DNA of 63,845 nt, the filler included, from Octopus bimaculoides (lineage: Eukaryota): assembly GCF_001194135.2 (NCBI RefSeq). It is 5 parts of 5 records of this genome, joined end to end, with 100 filler letters (N's around TTAATTAATTAA, not from the genome) between each part and the next. Parts side by side here need not be neighbours in the genome. Positions count along the whole stretch, not along the records: positions 20,594 to 44,212 come from NC_068984.1; positions 44,313 to 51,163 come from NC_068982.1; 3 more parts are not named here. One strand, written 5' to 3'. The notes beneath the pieces are model-generated. The model was given only the letters and a program-made list of their open reading frames with translations. It did no database searches and was not told the DNA's origin. The stretch's first letter is position 1. Each line of letters starts with the position of its first letter. Below, piece by piece: positions 35,953-49,537 of the stretch. The position numbers and the translations under genes were made by a program.

Positions 35953-36502
35953 CCGTAAAATGGGGTTACTTTGAACACGGGGGTAACTTTGAACAAAATA
36001 TAATATTTTGCTTCCTTTTTATATCACAGCTCAAGGTTGCATAGCAACGCAATTTAAAAACAATTTTCCTTCTGCTGAAAGGGCTAATTCATTTTTAAAG
36101 CGAAACAAATCCCAATTAGCATCACGCCTGTGCCAAAATATCAAAAGATTCAGAGCATGTTTAAGTGCTACAGAAATATTATCCTCATACTTCCAGCACT
36201 TAAAAGCGATTCTTACAGTTGACGGAAAACTTATCCCTCCAAATAATATATTCAACATTTGAACATAAGTAAAAAAACATTACTGTTCAAAGTAACCCCT
36301 GATTTGGGGTTACTTTGAACAGCGACAATTATATTAAAAAAAAGTGATCAAATATTGGCTGCAACTCATTTTTATTTCATATATTAGTTTACCCATTTGG
36401 TCCCCCCCCAAAATAATCAAATTTAGTTAAGATTGAAAAAAATGGTTATGCAATTATTGCAATAAGAAGTCTAAAACTGTTCAAAGTGACCCCGTTCCAC
36501 GG
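35953..36502. mobile_element. pogo/Tc2-like non-autonomous DNA transposon, 550 bp, TA target duplication
   Basis: TIRs ccgtaaaatggggttactttgaaca / tgttcaaagtgaccccgttccacgg flanked by TA; the ggggttactttgaaca motif recurs internally. Confidence 0.8.
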
Positions 36503-36504
36503 TA

Positions 36505-36543
<39 letters not shown>

Positions 36544-36546
<3 letters not shown>

Positions 36547-36866
36547 GGCGCGTGGCTTTGTGGTTAGGGCGTTCGGCTCACGATCGTAAGGTCGTGAGTT
36601 CAGTTCCCGGCGACGCGCTGTGTCCTTGAGCAAGACACTTTATTTGACGTTGCACCCGTCCACTCAGCTGGCAAAAATGAGTTTTACCTGTATTCCAAAG
36701 GGCCAGCCTTGTCACAGTCTGTGTCACGCTGAATCTCTTTGAGAACAACGTTAAGGGTGCACGTGTCTGTGGAGTGCCCAGCCACTTGTACGTTAATTTC
36801 ACGAGCAGGCTGTTCCGTTGATCGGATCAGCTGGGACCGTTGTCGTGATTAGCGACGGAGTGCTCC
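36544..36866 (+). mobile_element. tRNA-derived SINE, full length
   Basis: A-box tggctttgtgg, B-box gagttcagttcc, core tgtgtccttgagcaagacactt; 3' body matches the reverse complement of 9462-9650. Confidence 0.88.
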
Positions 36867-37703
36867 TTACATATACATATGNNNNNNNNNNNNNNNNNNN
36901 NNNNNNNNNNNNNNNNNNNNNNNNNNNNNNNNNNNNNNNNNNNNNNNNNNNNNNNNNNNNNNNNNNNNNNNNNNNNNNNNNNNNNNNNNNNNNNNNNNNN
37001 NNNNNNNNNNNNNNNNNNNNNNNNNNNNNNNNNNNNNNNNNNNNNNNNNNNNNNNNNNNNNNNNNNNNNNNNNNNNNNNNNNNNNNNNNNNNNNNNNNNN
37101 NNNNNNNNNNNNNNNNNNNNNNNNNNNNNNNNNNNNNNNNNNNNNNNNNNNNNNNNNNNNNNNNNNNNNNNNNNNNNNNNNNNNNNNNNNNNNNNNNNNN
37201 NNNNNNNNNNNNNNNNNNNNNNNNNNNNNNNNNNNNNNNNNNNNNNNNNNNNNNNNNNNNNNNNNNNNNNNNNNNNNNNNNNNNNNNNNNNNNNNNNNNN
37301 NNNNNNNNNNNNNNNNNNNNNNNNNNNNNNNNNNNNNNNNNNNNNNNNNNNNNNNNNNNNNNNNNNNNNNNNNNNNNNNNNNNNNNNNNNNNNNNNNNNN
37401 NNNNNNNNNNNNNNNNNNNNNNNNNNNNNNNNNNNNNNNNNNNNNNNNNNNNNNNNNNNNNNNNNNNNNNNNNNNNNNNNNNNNNNNNNNNNNNNNNNNN
37501 NNNNNNNNNNNNNNNNNNNNNNNNNNNNNNNNNNNNNNNNNNNNNNNNNNNNNNNNNNNNNNNNNNNNNNNNNNNNNNNNNNNNNNNNNNNNNNNNNNNN
37601 NNNNNNNNNNNNNNNNNNNNNNNNNNNNNNNNNNNNNNNNNNNNNNNNNNNNNNNNNNNNNNNNNNNNNNNNNNNNNNNNNNNNNNNNNNNNNNNNNNNN
37701 NNN

Positions 37704-37754
<51 letters not shown>

Positions 37755-38385
37755 GTGCGCGCGCGTGTGTGGATGTGGACATAGTCCGCGCCCAAGAAAC
37801 TTAAAGTAATGTGGTGCCGAACCAAACTGTTATTTAGTTCACAGATGAGATCCAAAGATTCTCCGTATAAAATACATCAGTGCTCAAAGGATTCAGGCTC
37901 AGACTCCGATGTCTTTACAGGAGACCGATTCCACAAGGTAAAGGAAGGCTGTGAGAGGGATCAGGTTGAGCAGGTACAGAAGCAGTTATGGCAATAAACA
38001 AATTAGACACATCAAATATATGCTAAATACATCAAATACAAAATATGTATCTATGTACAAATGCAGAACAAGGGAAAGCAAAAAGCGGAAACTTCCAAAT
38101 GATGAATTTATTTCTATAAATTTATAGATGTTTATACTAATGGCTTCAACTTACACAGAATACAAATAACAGAGAAAATTAAAGGGGTGCAAGAAAAGTA
38201 TTATAAGTCTAACAGCTGTGTCTGGGGGATTCGGCGATCTATAATAATGTTGGGAGATGTAGTTCACCATAATGTCCATGTATTTATACATATAAATGCA
38301 TCATCTGAAAGTTTCCGCCTTTTGCTTTCTCTCGTTTTGCATGTGTACATAGATACATATTTTGTATTCGATGCATTTAATATAT

Positions 38386-38577
38386 TCAGTGACCGTTAGA
38401 AGGTTTGTTTACATAGAGATATAAAGGGGTCAATGATATTATTCCATGGGCTTTAGGAGTTTCATTTAGCGAAGAGGGTGAATAAAAATGAAAGTAAATG
38501 AAACTCCTAAAGCCCATGGAATAATATCATTGACCCCTTTATATCTCTATGTAAACAAACCTTCTAACGCTCACTGA
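38386..38577. repeat. Near-perfect long inverted repeat (83-bp arms, 26-nt spacer)
   Basis: 38386-38468 is the reverse complement of 38495-38577 with one mismatch found. Confidence 0.95.
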
Positions 38578-41500
38578 CCATGTAACATCTCTGATCGTAA
38601 GTTACCTCATCATTTCGTTTTTGTCTTGCTATTACATGTTTTATTATGAACTCCCTGAAGAGAAATATTTGAGGAACCCCAACAGCTCTTTCTTCTTTGT
38701 GAAAGGGCTCTCATTTATTTTGAAACATGTGTAGGAATTAAAGGAACTTTTATTGACATGCGTTTTGCTCCGTTTATTATTATCTATCTATCTATATATA
38801 TATATAATCCATACATGAGATCTAGAGATTCTACGTATAGAAGACACTTAGTAGTGCTCAGAGGATTCAAACTTAGACTCCGATGTCTTTACGAGAGATA
38901 ATTTTTCAAGGCAAAGAAAGGCTATAAGAGGAATCAATTTGAGCGGGTATAGGGTTAATTATGCTGATAAACAAATTAGATGCATCAAATATATTAAATA
39001 ACCCCACCGACCATCCTACTTCCCCCCTCTAATACAGCGAGCTCTTCACATTTAATCATTCCATCTTTGAACTTCTCTGCATTAAGATCTGAAATGTAAA
39101 ATCTTCTCTACCGTAATGACGGAGGCTCGTCTTACCCAACGTTAATTGCATCCATACGGCTGCATATTGTGATGAACTACATCTACCAACTTTATTATGG
39201 ATCTCCGAGCCCTCCGTAACAGCTGTTGGACACCTTTCTTCCTCCCTTTTAATTTTCTCTGTCATTTGTACTCTGCGTAAGTTAGACCTATTAATATAAA
39301 TATATATTTATACTTAAAAACTCATCATTTGAAAGTCTCCACCTTCTGCTTTCTCTCGTTTATCAGGTAAATATATATAACATATTTTGTATTTCATACC
39401 CAAACTGTTATATCTAATGTATTTAATATATCTAATTTGTGTATCCACATAAATCCCTATATATATCCACCAGACCACCAGACCATCAGACGATATTATA
39501 GATCGCTGGGTGCAATGCATTTCCTCGAATTGTTTTAGCTTTCAAAAGATGCCAAGCAGCTGGTTAGGCGGACAGGCAGTCTCCATCCCTGAAAGGAAAG
39601 CCAATCCGTCTGCATTCCATAGAGAAGCTCTAATGTATACATCTCTACACGATGCACCTCCCCATCTAACATCGTCTGTTACCGGCCTTCACGCAGAAAG
39701 AGAGAAAATTAGATATTGCTGTATTATGTTCACCGACACAAATGTAGTAAGTACAACAGCATATTGTCAACTGGTTTTCATACTGCGAAGGCAATTGGGC
39801 TTGTCATTAGCTAATTATTAAGCATGTACAAATACATACATACATACATACATACATACATACATACATACATACATGCATATATACATACATACATGTA
39901 TGTGCATATTCATGTGTGTGAGTGCGTTTGTGGAATTTAGGAGAAATTCGCCGCAATAGCATTATTATTAAACAGAAGAGCCAGTTTGCATGGTGATGTA
40001 TAGAACTCTAATATTGTAGTAGTAAAGATTAATAGCAATAATTATTTTTATTGTCACTGATAATATATACACTTGTTCGTTGTCTACGACTAGACAATGT
40101 TTTGTGACTGTCAAAAATATGAAAAATGGAGCTACAGTAATTGAGTAAAGATGGAGTGAAACAATAAAAATGGTAAATATAAAAATGAATATTGCTCTGT
40201 CAATAATGGACTTATCAAGAAAAAAATAGTATTTGGATGTAACAATGGCGATGTTATGAGAAATATAAAACTGGATTTGTCTAAGCAGAAAGGACTGAAG
40301 CATCACGTGAGGGAATTTTGCTCATAACTCAATAATGTCAACATCTATACCATCAACTGCATTATCATCAAAGATACATGAATGATAATTAGATATTTAG
40401 CAACGAAGCACCAACAGAGAAAAATGCGTTGACGTCAGAATCAATTGAAGCGACGACAAAGATGTCTCGCTATACGTAATTTATTATTGTGGAAACCTCA
40501 GCAGAATTTGTTGGAATGTCATATATAATAGTGTAAACGTCATTGATAACTGCGTAGATATCGTATATGATTATGCTAGCTTGCTAAACATAATCATATC
40601 TGTACAATGAGGCTATCAATTGTTGGTGTTTAGTAAAAAGTTAACATATTTAACATGTCTATTTTAAGAGGGATTGGTAGACTGTGTTTCAGATACGTTA
40701 AGTATTAATCCACAGTTAACTCTATGGTCTTCATGAAGGAGACATCCTTGGTAGATAATTGCCCAATTGCTACGTCGTCTTCACTGAAAAGACAAATCTC
40801 TAAAACCACCGCATCACACCGAATGTACTTCTAGCAGAGTTTACTCTGTTGTAAGAATTCGGATCAAGTCTCTGGTTTGAGAATACCTTTACCCCTCCTT
40901 CCCCCTCCAACAGACATTGGTGCTCTGTAAATGGTCATGGGCGCAACGACACTCTTGCCTAAGGACATGATTTGGTATGCACGTGTTAAAGCATATATCA
41001 CTGACGATGTCTAATAAGGTTAAAACATGTCTGCGTTATCCACTATACGTACAAAACGTCAGACCCACCTTCCACTCATATCTCTATTTCCATTTTTTAT
41101 TTACCTGAATTTCGGAGTTTTTTTCCTTGCATTTTTTCGCAAAACTTATCATTAACATTTGTGATTTAGTCTTCTCATTATGGTTATAACTTTAATTGAT
41201 TAAACATTTTGTTTGGATTCACAGTAATAAGTAAGTTAGTCTGCATTAAAACCGTAAAACAGTAAATATGTTAGTCTGCACCTAGCACCCTCGGAATATT
41301 CGCCCAAACCTTGGCCGTCAGCCTAGTTCGAGCCAGTACAACTGGCTTGAACTGATATTCCTATAAAGCATCGCCGATGTCTGGAATTATAACAGAAATC
41401 TAAGAACTCCAATAATTTATGGAGGCCGATTTGGTAGCTGACATTCTGTGGCAATGCGAGCAAATATTATACATAGCGCGTTCTTATATAGCGGGTAAAT

Positions 41501-43164
41501 CTTTTATATATAGCGTGTAGATATTAGAATGCATCACAAGGGGAAACAAGTTGATTACAATGAAGAAGTAGTTGTTGATGTTTAAGCATCAAATCGCTCT
41601 AAATTGAATCGGTCAATGCTCAAATGTACTTCAACCATGTCTACCATGTTGACTGGTTTTCTTTTCTCCAGACAATGGACTAAATTATCCAATGTATTTG
41701 TCTCTTTTGAAGGCAATAATGTGAAATTTGAGGGAGATTTACTTGCTAGTTCTGGCAGACTGAATGATCGCCTCGTTGGATTGAATAAATAGATTTATAT
41801 GGTGGTGGTGGTGGTGGTGGTGATAATAATGCTGTACGTTCAATAAGTGGATGGGAGGAGGCGTTAAAAGTATTTTAGTATATTATTAGAAGAGGGAAGA
41901 GGGAAAGAAAGCGAGCTGGCGAGCAGCCAAAGGACGTTCGGTTGAAGGCAGATTTCTGAAGTTTAGTTTCTGTTTCACTTTCAACGTTGGAAGCCATTGT
42001 CAACAGCAGAAAGTACAATGTGAATAATTGTATTTTAAAGAGACTTTATAAGAAACAATTTCACTTTTAAAATGTAAAAGTATCTTTGTTAACCAATAAA
42101 TCTGTTTTTGTTTCGTTTTTAACAGTTTAATCTCCATATTAAGACAGACTTTTGATATGAATATAACGTTATTTATATTTCTGACATAACACTCTCGTTT
42201 AGATTCAAATTTCTAAGACACTGAGATGATTCCAGACAGGTTATTGCTGTTGTCATTGTTCTGTAGCCCCAGGTCAGTTCCGGTTGAGCAGACGTTATAA
42301 TCTTGAGTCTATCAAATTTAACCATCCCATCTTTTTTGCACATCTAGGATTTACACAATAGGTGTAAAAGACATTGTCTACTTAGATGTGAGGGAGTATG
42401 GCTGCCATTTCTATGATGTCTAGTGACTATCGAGACGCTCCCTAGCGTTTCTTATAGAGAATGTTTAATGTAATGCTGACTCTAAAATATGTCATTTTAA
42501 AGGTCTTCAGATATCAGAAAATGTGTGAGACTCCATCTTTTATTGTACGACTATTTGTCGAAAATTTGAAAAAAAACTACCAGAAAAAGAAAAAAGAAAC
42601 AGAAAAAAGAAATTACATTTAAGAAAGTAAAGGGAAAAAGTGAAAATGAACCAAGAGAAGCGTTTGTACAACGCTTAATCTCTTAGAAATAGCAAACTCA
42701 AACAATATTCGCATTACATCCTAGCGTTATTAAACTAAAACATGTAATATAATGAAATGATCAAAAACAAGAATGGGCATTGCTATATGTTTGATTATAG
42801 GTCAGCTGGATCAGGTACGGCCTGGGGTTAAACACTAGCACCAGCATATCAAACGTCATACTTAGTTTTCATTTGGTTAGAATGCATGGGAAAAGAAAGA
42901 CTTGAGGAGAAGTAATTGAGAAGATAGACATAAGAGGAAGTCCGTTGTTTTATATAACGTTCAAAAGTTTGGTTAAAACGTTTCATAAGGAAATATAAAG
43001 AGTTTTGTTTATTCGATTCATATAAAATCCATGACTGGAGACGACAGCGAAGTAATGTATGGAAGTTGATTGTAACAAAGAAGGTTTATAATGTTGGTGT
43101 ATTCAATGTGTGCGTGTATGTATGTATTACACACACACATACGAACGCAGATATATATTTTCTC

Positions 43165-43355
43165 TACTCTAGGCACAAGGCCAGAAATTTTGTGGGAGGG
43201 AGCCAGTCAATTAGATCTTCCCCAGTACGCAACTGGTACTTAATTTATCGACCCCGAAAGGATGAAAGGCAAAGTGAACTTCGGGGGAATTTGAACTCAG
43301 ACGAAATACCGCTAAGCATTTCGCCCGGTGAGCTAACGTTTCTGCCAACTCGCTG
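43165..43355 (-). mobile_element. SINE (family of 7445-7640)
   Basis: actggtacttaatttatcgaccccgaaaggatgaaaggcaaag...ggaatttgaactcag is the reverse complement of that family's core. Confidence 0.8.
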
Positions 43356-44121
43356 ACTTAGGAACTCAGATATATTAAATCTCTCATGTCAGGCCATGAA
43401 GATATGCTGTGTTTTATTTCTGTATCCGTTCTTTACATTTATGGAGTTCAGTCGGGTTAAAACTGGAACAGTCCTTCATTATGTTTCGATTCCTTGAATA
43501 ATTTTCTTGTACTTTTATTCATTCCAGCCCAAGGGCTAGGACCATGCTAGAGCAGCACATTTAGTGGAGACGGGGAAGGGGAGAGGAGAGTTCATATCGA
43601 TGTCATTAAGTCTAATTACTCAGTCTTTGATTACGGAAAGTGAATCGATTGCTTGTGTCACATGTTTTGAGATAACTACCACAGAGATTGACTGATGATC
43701 AGAAGAGAAAGACGTTGGGGCCTCGAGCGAAGGTCTTTATCTAGTAATTACGCAATCGCTTATAAACTTATAAGCGTGGTGAGGTCGATGTGATTGACGC
43801 ACAATGTGAACTTCAGTAGATCGATTTTGGAAGACAAAAAGAAAATAAATAAATAAATAAAACAAAGGTAAAAAGATTCGCTAGAGAAACAGTAGGTGTG
43901 GGGAGAAATGTGTTATGAAGGTGTTTGATGGGGGGGGGTTAGAGTTGAGGCACGGAGAATGACAGAAACATGTTTATTCGATGGAACAAATTGAATGTGG
44001 TTTACACCAGCAGAATCGATGTTGGTGGCAGAGATAAGAAGCAGCTTGTGGTTGGTAAATGAAGCCTTGTTAATAAGATGGACGCTCTTTTAAAGGATGC
44101 CACATAGAAGATGTGTGTGAC

Positions 44122-44153
<32 letters not shown>

Positions 44154-44159
44154 TGTATG

Positions 44160-44212
<53 letters not shown>

Positions 44213-44312
44213 NNNNNNNNNNNNNNNNNNNNNNNNNNNNNNNNNNNNNNNNNNNNTTAATTAATTAANNNNNNNNNNNNNNNNNNNNNNNNNNNNNNNN
44301 NNNNNNNNNNNN

Positions 44313-44354
<42 letters not shown>

Positions 44355-46585
44355 TGATGAAAACTCTCAACTTATTTTGCTGGGCATGATGGAAAGTGTC
44401 AGCTGCCCACAGCCAGCAGACTAAGATGACACCTGTTTACTTCATATTTTTGTCGTTATTGTTGTCATTATTATTATTCCTTCGGCATTCGATGCATTTA
44501 TCATCCCCAGTCTAACTCTGTTACTCCATTGTAAGCACAGGAAAGGTTTTGGACCCAGTACTTTACACCCCCTGAAACCGAGAGACACAAGAACAAACAT
44601 ACTACAATATTTAATTCGGAATCTCCCAAGAGGCCACTCTCAAGACAACTGTCTTTTATGCCTCCGGGGGGTCGTCAGAAGATAAACCATTTGTGTAAAG
44701 AAATCAATAAAACACCTGTGGTAATGGCGGTAGTATTGGGACTAGTAATGGCGGTGGTGATAGTACAAGTTATAGCAGTGGTGTTGATGGTATTGTGTGA
44801 TGGTAATAGTGTTGGGTGTTATTTGTGGAAGTAGTAGTGTTGGTGATGCCGGTGGTATTGATGGCATTAGCGGTGGTAATAGTGGTGGTAGTGGTGGTGG
44901 TGGTGATGGCGGTGATTGAGGTGTCGGTGGCGCGAGTAGGGTTAGTGGTATTTGTGGTAATGTTAGTAGTAGTGATGGTGATGGTGGAGGTGGCGGGGGA
45001 GGGGATGGTGTACTGCTGCTTCTTTAAGTTGGTGTATCTATAATTTATTCCAGTACAAGAATTTATGAGTTTGGTCACTTGTCGAACAGTAAACTGATCT
45101 AATAAATCCTGGAGGAACGGAGCAACACCGAGACAAAACCCGTACCCACACCAACCTCACTCACCCCACTCACCTCACTCATTCACTATTCCGCCAGTCT
45201 CCTTTATTTCTTCTTCTTTAATCATTAATCTTTCACTGTGTCTCTACCCAGTCTGCTTTATTCAGTTACATCTCTCTCCTTCCTCTTTTTACACACATAC
45301 ACACATACATACATACATACATACATACATACATACATNNNNNNNNNNNNNNNNNNNNNNNNNNNNNNNNNNNNNNNNNNNNNNNNNNNNNNNNNNNNNN
45401 NNNNNNNNNNNNNNNNNNNNNNNNNNNNNNNNNNNNNNNNNNNNNNNNNNNNNNNNNNNNNNNNNNNNNNNNNNNNNNNNNNNNNNNNNNNNNNNNNNNN
45501 NNNNNNNNNNNNNNNNNNNNNNNNNNNNNNNNNNNNNNNNNNNNNNNNNNNNNNNNNNNNNNNNNNNNNNNNNNNNNNNNNNNNNNNNNNNNNNNNNNNN
45601 NNNNNNNNNNNNNNNNNNNNNNNNNNNNNNNNNNNNNNNNNNNNNNNNNNNNNNNNNNNNNNNNNNNNNNNNNNNNNNNNNNNNNNNNNNNNNNNNNNNN
45701 NNNNNNNNNNNNNNNNNNNNNNNNNNNNNNNNNNNNNNNNNNNNNNNNNNNNNNNNNNNNNNNNNNNNNNNNNNNNNNNNNNNNNNNNNNNNNNNNNNNN
45801 NNNNNNNNNNNNNNNNNNNNNNNNNNNNNNNNNNNNNNNNNNNNNNNNNNNNNNNNNNNNNNNNNNNNNNNNNNNNNNNNNNNNNNNNNNNNNNNNNNNN
45901 NNNNNNNNNNNNNNNNNNNNNNNNNNNNNNNNNNNNNNNNNNNNNNNNNNNNNNNNNNNNNNNNNNNNNNNNNNNNNNNNNNNNNNNNNNNNNNNNNNNN
46001 NNNNNNNNNNNNNNNNNNNNNNNNNNNNNNNNNNNNNNNNNNNNNNNNNNNNNNNNNNNNNNNNNNNNNNNNNNNNACACACACACACACACAGAGGCAT
46101 TATGTGCCTGTATCCTCGACTCTTTCTTCCTTTCTTTCACTCTCACTACCTCTCTTACTCTGTCTCTGCTTGTCTCTGACTCTCACCTCTCTCCCCCTCT
46201 ACCTCTCCCTCTCTCTGACATTCTCCTTTCCTTTTATTTCTTTTGTCTCACTATTCTCTATGTTTATTGCTTGATATTATAGTTCCAACGGAGATAAATA
46301 TACGCCATTACTGAGCGCGCGCCTGCGCATCATGTAACGTGTGCGTGTGAATACGTGTGAGTGTGAGTGTGTGTGTGTATGTGCGTGTTTCAGCGTTCAG
46401 TCGTTTTCTTATTTTTCATCGTTTCTTCCGCTTTTTGATTCTCATTCTCCTCCCTTCCTCTTCTTCCCTCTCCCCGTCTTTATCTCAACCTCCTTCTCCA
46501 TCTTCCCTCTCTTCATTTTCTTCTGGTTCATTATTTGTTTCACTTCATGTAGAAATGTCTGAACATTCGTGAAAGAAATATTATG

Positions 46586-46586
46586 C

Positions 46587-46648
<62 letters not shown>

Positions 46649-46649
46649 C

Positions 46650-46704
<55 letters not shown>

Positions 46705-46705
46705 T
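46586..46705. repeat. (AAT)n microsatellite
   Basis: Direct reading. Confidence 0.95.
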
Positions 46706-47349
46706 TCAATAATATTAATACTTTCTATACCAACCACAAANNNNNNNNNNNNNNNNNNNNNNNNNNNNNNNNNNNNNNNNNNNNNNNNNNNNNNNNNNNN
46801 NNNNNNNNNNNNNNNNNNNNNNNNNNNNNNNNNNNNNNNNNNNNNNNNNNNNNNNNNNNNNNNNNNNNNNNNNNNNNNNNNNNNNNNNNNNNNNNNNNNN
46901 NNNNNNNNNNNNNNNNNNNNNNNNNNNNNNNNNNNNNNNNNNNNNNNNNNNNNNNNNNNNNNNNNNNNNNNNNNNNNNNNNNNNCCACGGTCACCCTGAC
47001 AACGAAGACAAGTGCTCTCTCAAAGTCGTCCTTCTCCAATCTACAGGCGCATGTTCAGAGAAGGCCCCAGTCACTCGGATAATGCCAGCCACTTTCACCC
47101 ACCTTTCAACAAATATAGTGGGAGGCAGCACTTCCCTCTCCACCCTCGTTTTCCTTTTTAAGTGAAACATGTAAATGCTGCTAGGAAGGGCAGGCAGTTT
47201 TCATTTCTCTGGTGGACTTGGCGAAAAAGTTTGTGTTAGACAAGAATGAAAGGGCATAACTAAGACTTCTTCCTCCTTGATCAAGCCCGCATCAACAACA
47301 ACAACAACAACAACGACGACGACGACGACGACGATGACAACAATAATAC

Positions 47350-48005
47350 AGACAGAAGAGTTTATCATAATAGTCCAAGATCAATGCCTACCCATAAGAA
47401 GCTACCAGGCCAACGTCTTGAAGAACGCCAGTAGCCTAACGTGTGTATGTAAACAACAAAATGAAACCATCGATCATATTGTTTCCACGTACAGCCTTCT
47501 AGTGCCGATAGAGTATCTAAACAGGCATGATGGAGCAGCACAGTATATTTACTGGGTAATTTGCAAAGACTTGGACCTGCCCCATGATAAAAACTGGTGG
47601 GAACACAAACCACTCCCAGTGCTTGAAAATGATCATATCTCACTCCTTTGGAACTTTACTGTTCAAAATGACAGAAAGATAAATGCAACTATGCCAGACA
47701 TTGCAATGAAGGATTCAGACAAAAATCATGCCTCCTCATCGATATGGCTGTCCTAATCGACATAAATGTATCTTTCAAGATCTACCAAAAGTTGAGCAAG
47801 TATAAGGATCTTAAAATAGAAATTGGCAAAATGTGGAGCCTCAAGATTAAAACAATAGCTGTTGTCATAGATACCCTAGAAATGATAGCAAAAGGGGCTG
47901 ATTTCTACCTATCTCAGATACCAGGAAATCCAAAACTGGAAGAAATTCAAAGGAGAGTACTGATGGGAACTGCTCATATCCTACGATAAATATTGTCTAT
48001 GTAAT
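47350..48005 (+). mobile_element. R4/Dong-type LINE 3' fragment
   Basis: QDQCLPIRSY...CKQQNETIDHIV...RHD...WWEHKP...LLWNF...PDI...KYKDLKIEIGKMW...GTAHILR, with a frameshift. Confidence 0.88.
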
Positions 48006-48519
48006 CCTCAAAACATTTTAATCTGTAAACATTGTCAAAAGTAATTTTCTACGTACAAAGTAGCAAATATCTTTTACTGTCATCTTAACATCATACTATC
48101 ATTTTATACTTAAATTACTTTTAAACAAACTTCTAATTTTCTTGTTTTGACAGACATTCTCTAGAACAATACTCTGTGCAAATCAAAAATATGGTACCCT
48201 AGTCATAATACCAGCTTGAACTTCTAACTTCTTGTCTCGAAATCTCTGGGTGAGATTTGGAGCCAACTTGTACAAATACAAAGCAAAAGCCAAACATATA
48301 ATAATAATAATTTTTTTTTATTTGCTACAAGGACATCGATAAGGGGGACATCACAAGAACAGTAAACAATTTGTGTGGGGATTTCCATAAAAAATAAATG
48401 GAAAGGATAGAGAAATGTGATAAAAGTATCTATAGTATACGAAGTATGTGATAACATGAATGATGCAGTGCTCCTGATATGGGAGAAACTTCAACTAGGG
48501 CCGATCAAGAAACCACACG

Positions 48520-49090
48520 GGTCTAGAATTACCATAACCATCAAAGGCCCTCTCTCCTGCTCTCCAGCCTACCGGCGCATGCTTAGAGTAAGGTCATTCA
48601 CTCTAGCCCTTTTTGTCATAGAAACCCATCTTTTCACGAATTCACTAGGAGTAGCACTACTCTTTCTACCCTCATTTTCCTTTCCAAGTGAAACTTAGGT
48701 CAGTCGATGAGGAAGGTGTCTTTCCGCAATCATTTTAGCATCGTCCACCGCACCACCCCTTTCGTCATATCCACTGTTAAAGATGGGTGATGGAACGATT
48801 CTCACGACGGATTCGGCCGATAATCGGATTAATCCCACACATGATAATAGCTGTTTGACATAAGTCCACCAGTCACCCGTAATCGGACACTGCAACTGTA
48901 CGTGTAGAACTGTTTCGTCGCTATGCGCGCATCTTGGAGTGACTCACCACTTAGGGTGTAGTGCATCTAACTTTGGCTAGCAGTCATCCAGTGATGGTAT
49001 CTCGATAAAAACACTGGCCAGAATTGTACCTGTTAGAACTGGTTTTAATTTGGTTTTGGAATGCCAACATTATTTTTGAGACTACCTCTG
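48520..49090 (-). mobile_element. Tx1/L1-clade LINE 3' fragment
   Basis: Minus strand RCAHSDETVLHVQLQCP..WW..VKQLLS.VG.IRLSAES...F.KRW: a C-terminal zinc-knuckle-like region resembling L1/Tx1 ORF2. Recognised by eye. Confidence 0.65.
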
Positions 49091-49452
49091 GAAATATTAA
49101 ATAATTCAGCTGCTTTAGTAACCGAAGCTCCAGGCATCTGCGCTCCAAAATCTGTCCTCTTTGGAAATCAGATAGGTCACGTATTTTAAATTATTGAAAT
49201 ATAAAAAAAATAGTGAAAAATGGAAAAAGAGGGCTATATCATGAAGTACAAGGCATATATATTGCACACACACACACACACACACGCACACAAGCAAGAA
49301 CAGTTTTGAATTTGTCATATTGTCAATAGAAAAAAATAATTAACTAAAAATGCTGTTTCCATTATTTTTTCCTATCCCTGTACATTATACATGCAAACAT
49401 ACATATATACATACATTCATATATTCATGCATGCACACACACACACACGCAC

Positions 49453-49537
<85 letters not shown>

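Noticed and set aside
36544-36620. tRNA-like sequences with A and B boxes (also near 960-1050, 7280-7358, 9770-9841)
   Set aside because: They continue into SINE bodies and do not give a full cloverleaf; SINE heads, not tRNA genes.
8931-36866. Inverted SINE pairs that might drive back-splicing of EGF exons
   Set aside because: The only opposite-orientation partners of the same family (36544, 43165) are more than 16 kb beyond the last exon and across an assembly join; intragenic same-family copies are co-oriented.
41670-41792. Strong acceptor (ttttcttttctccag) followed by a 40-codon frame ending in a stop, as a possible last exon of the VWA-EGF gene
   Set aside because: Open only in phase 2, incompatible with the phase-1 EGF donors; no recognisable domain; 21 kb and one assembly join away.
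44770-45078. Thr-rich mucin-like minus-strand ORF
   Set aside because: Degenerate (GGT/AGT)n repeat with no splice signals or flanking domain.
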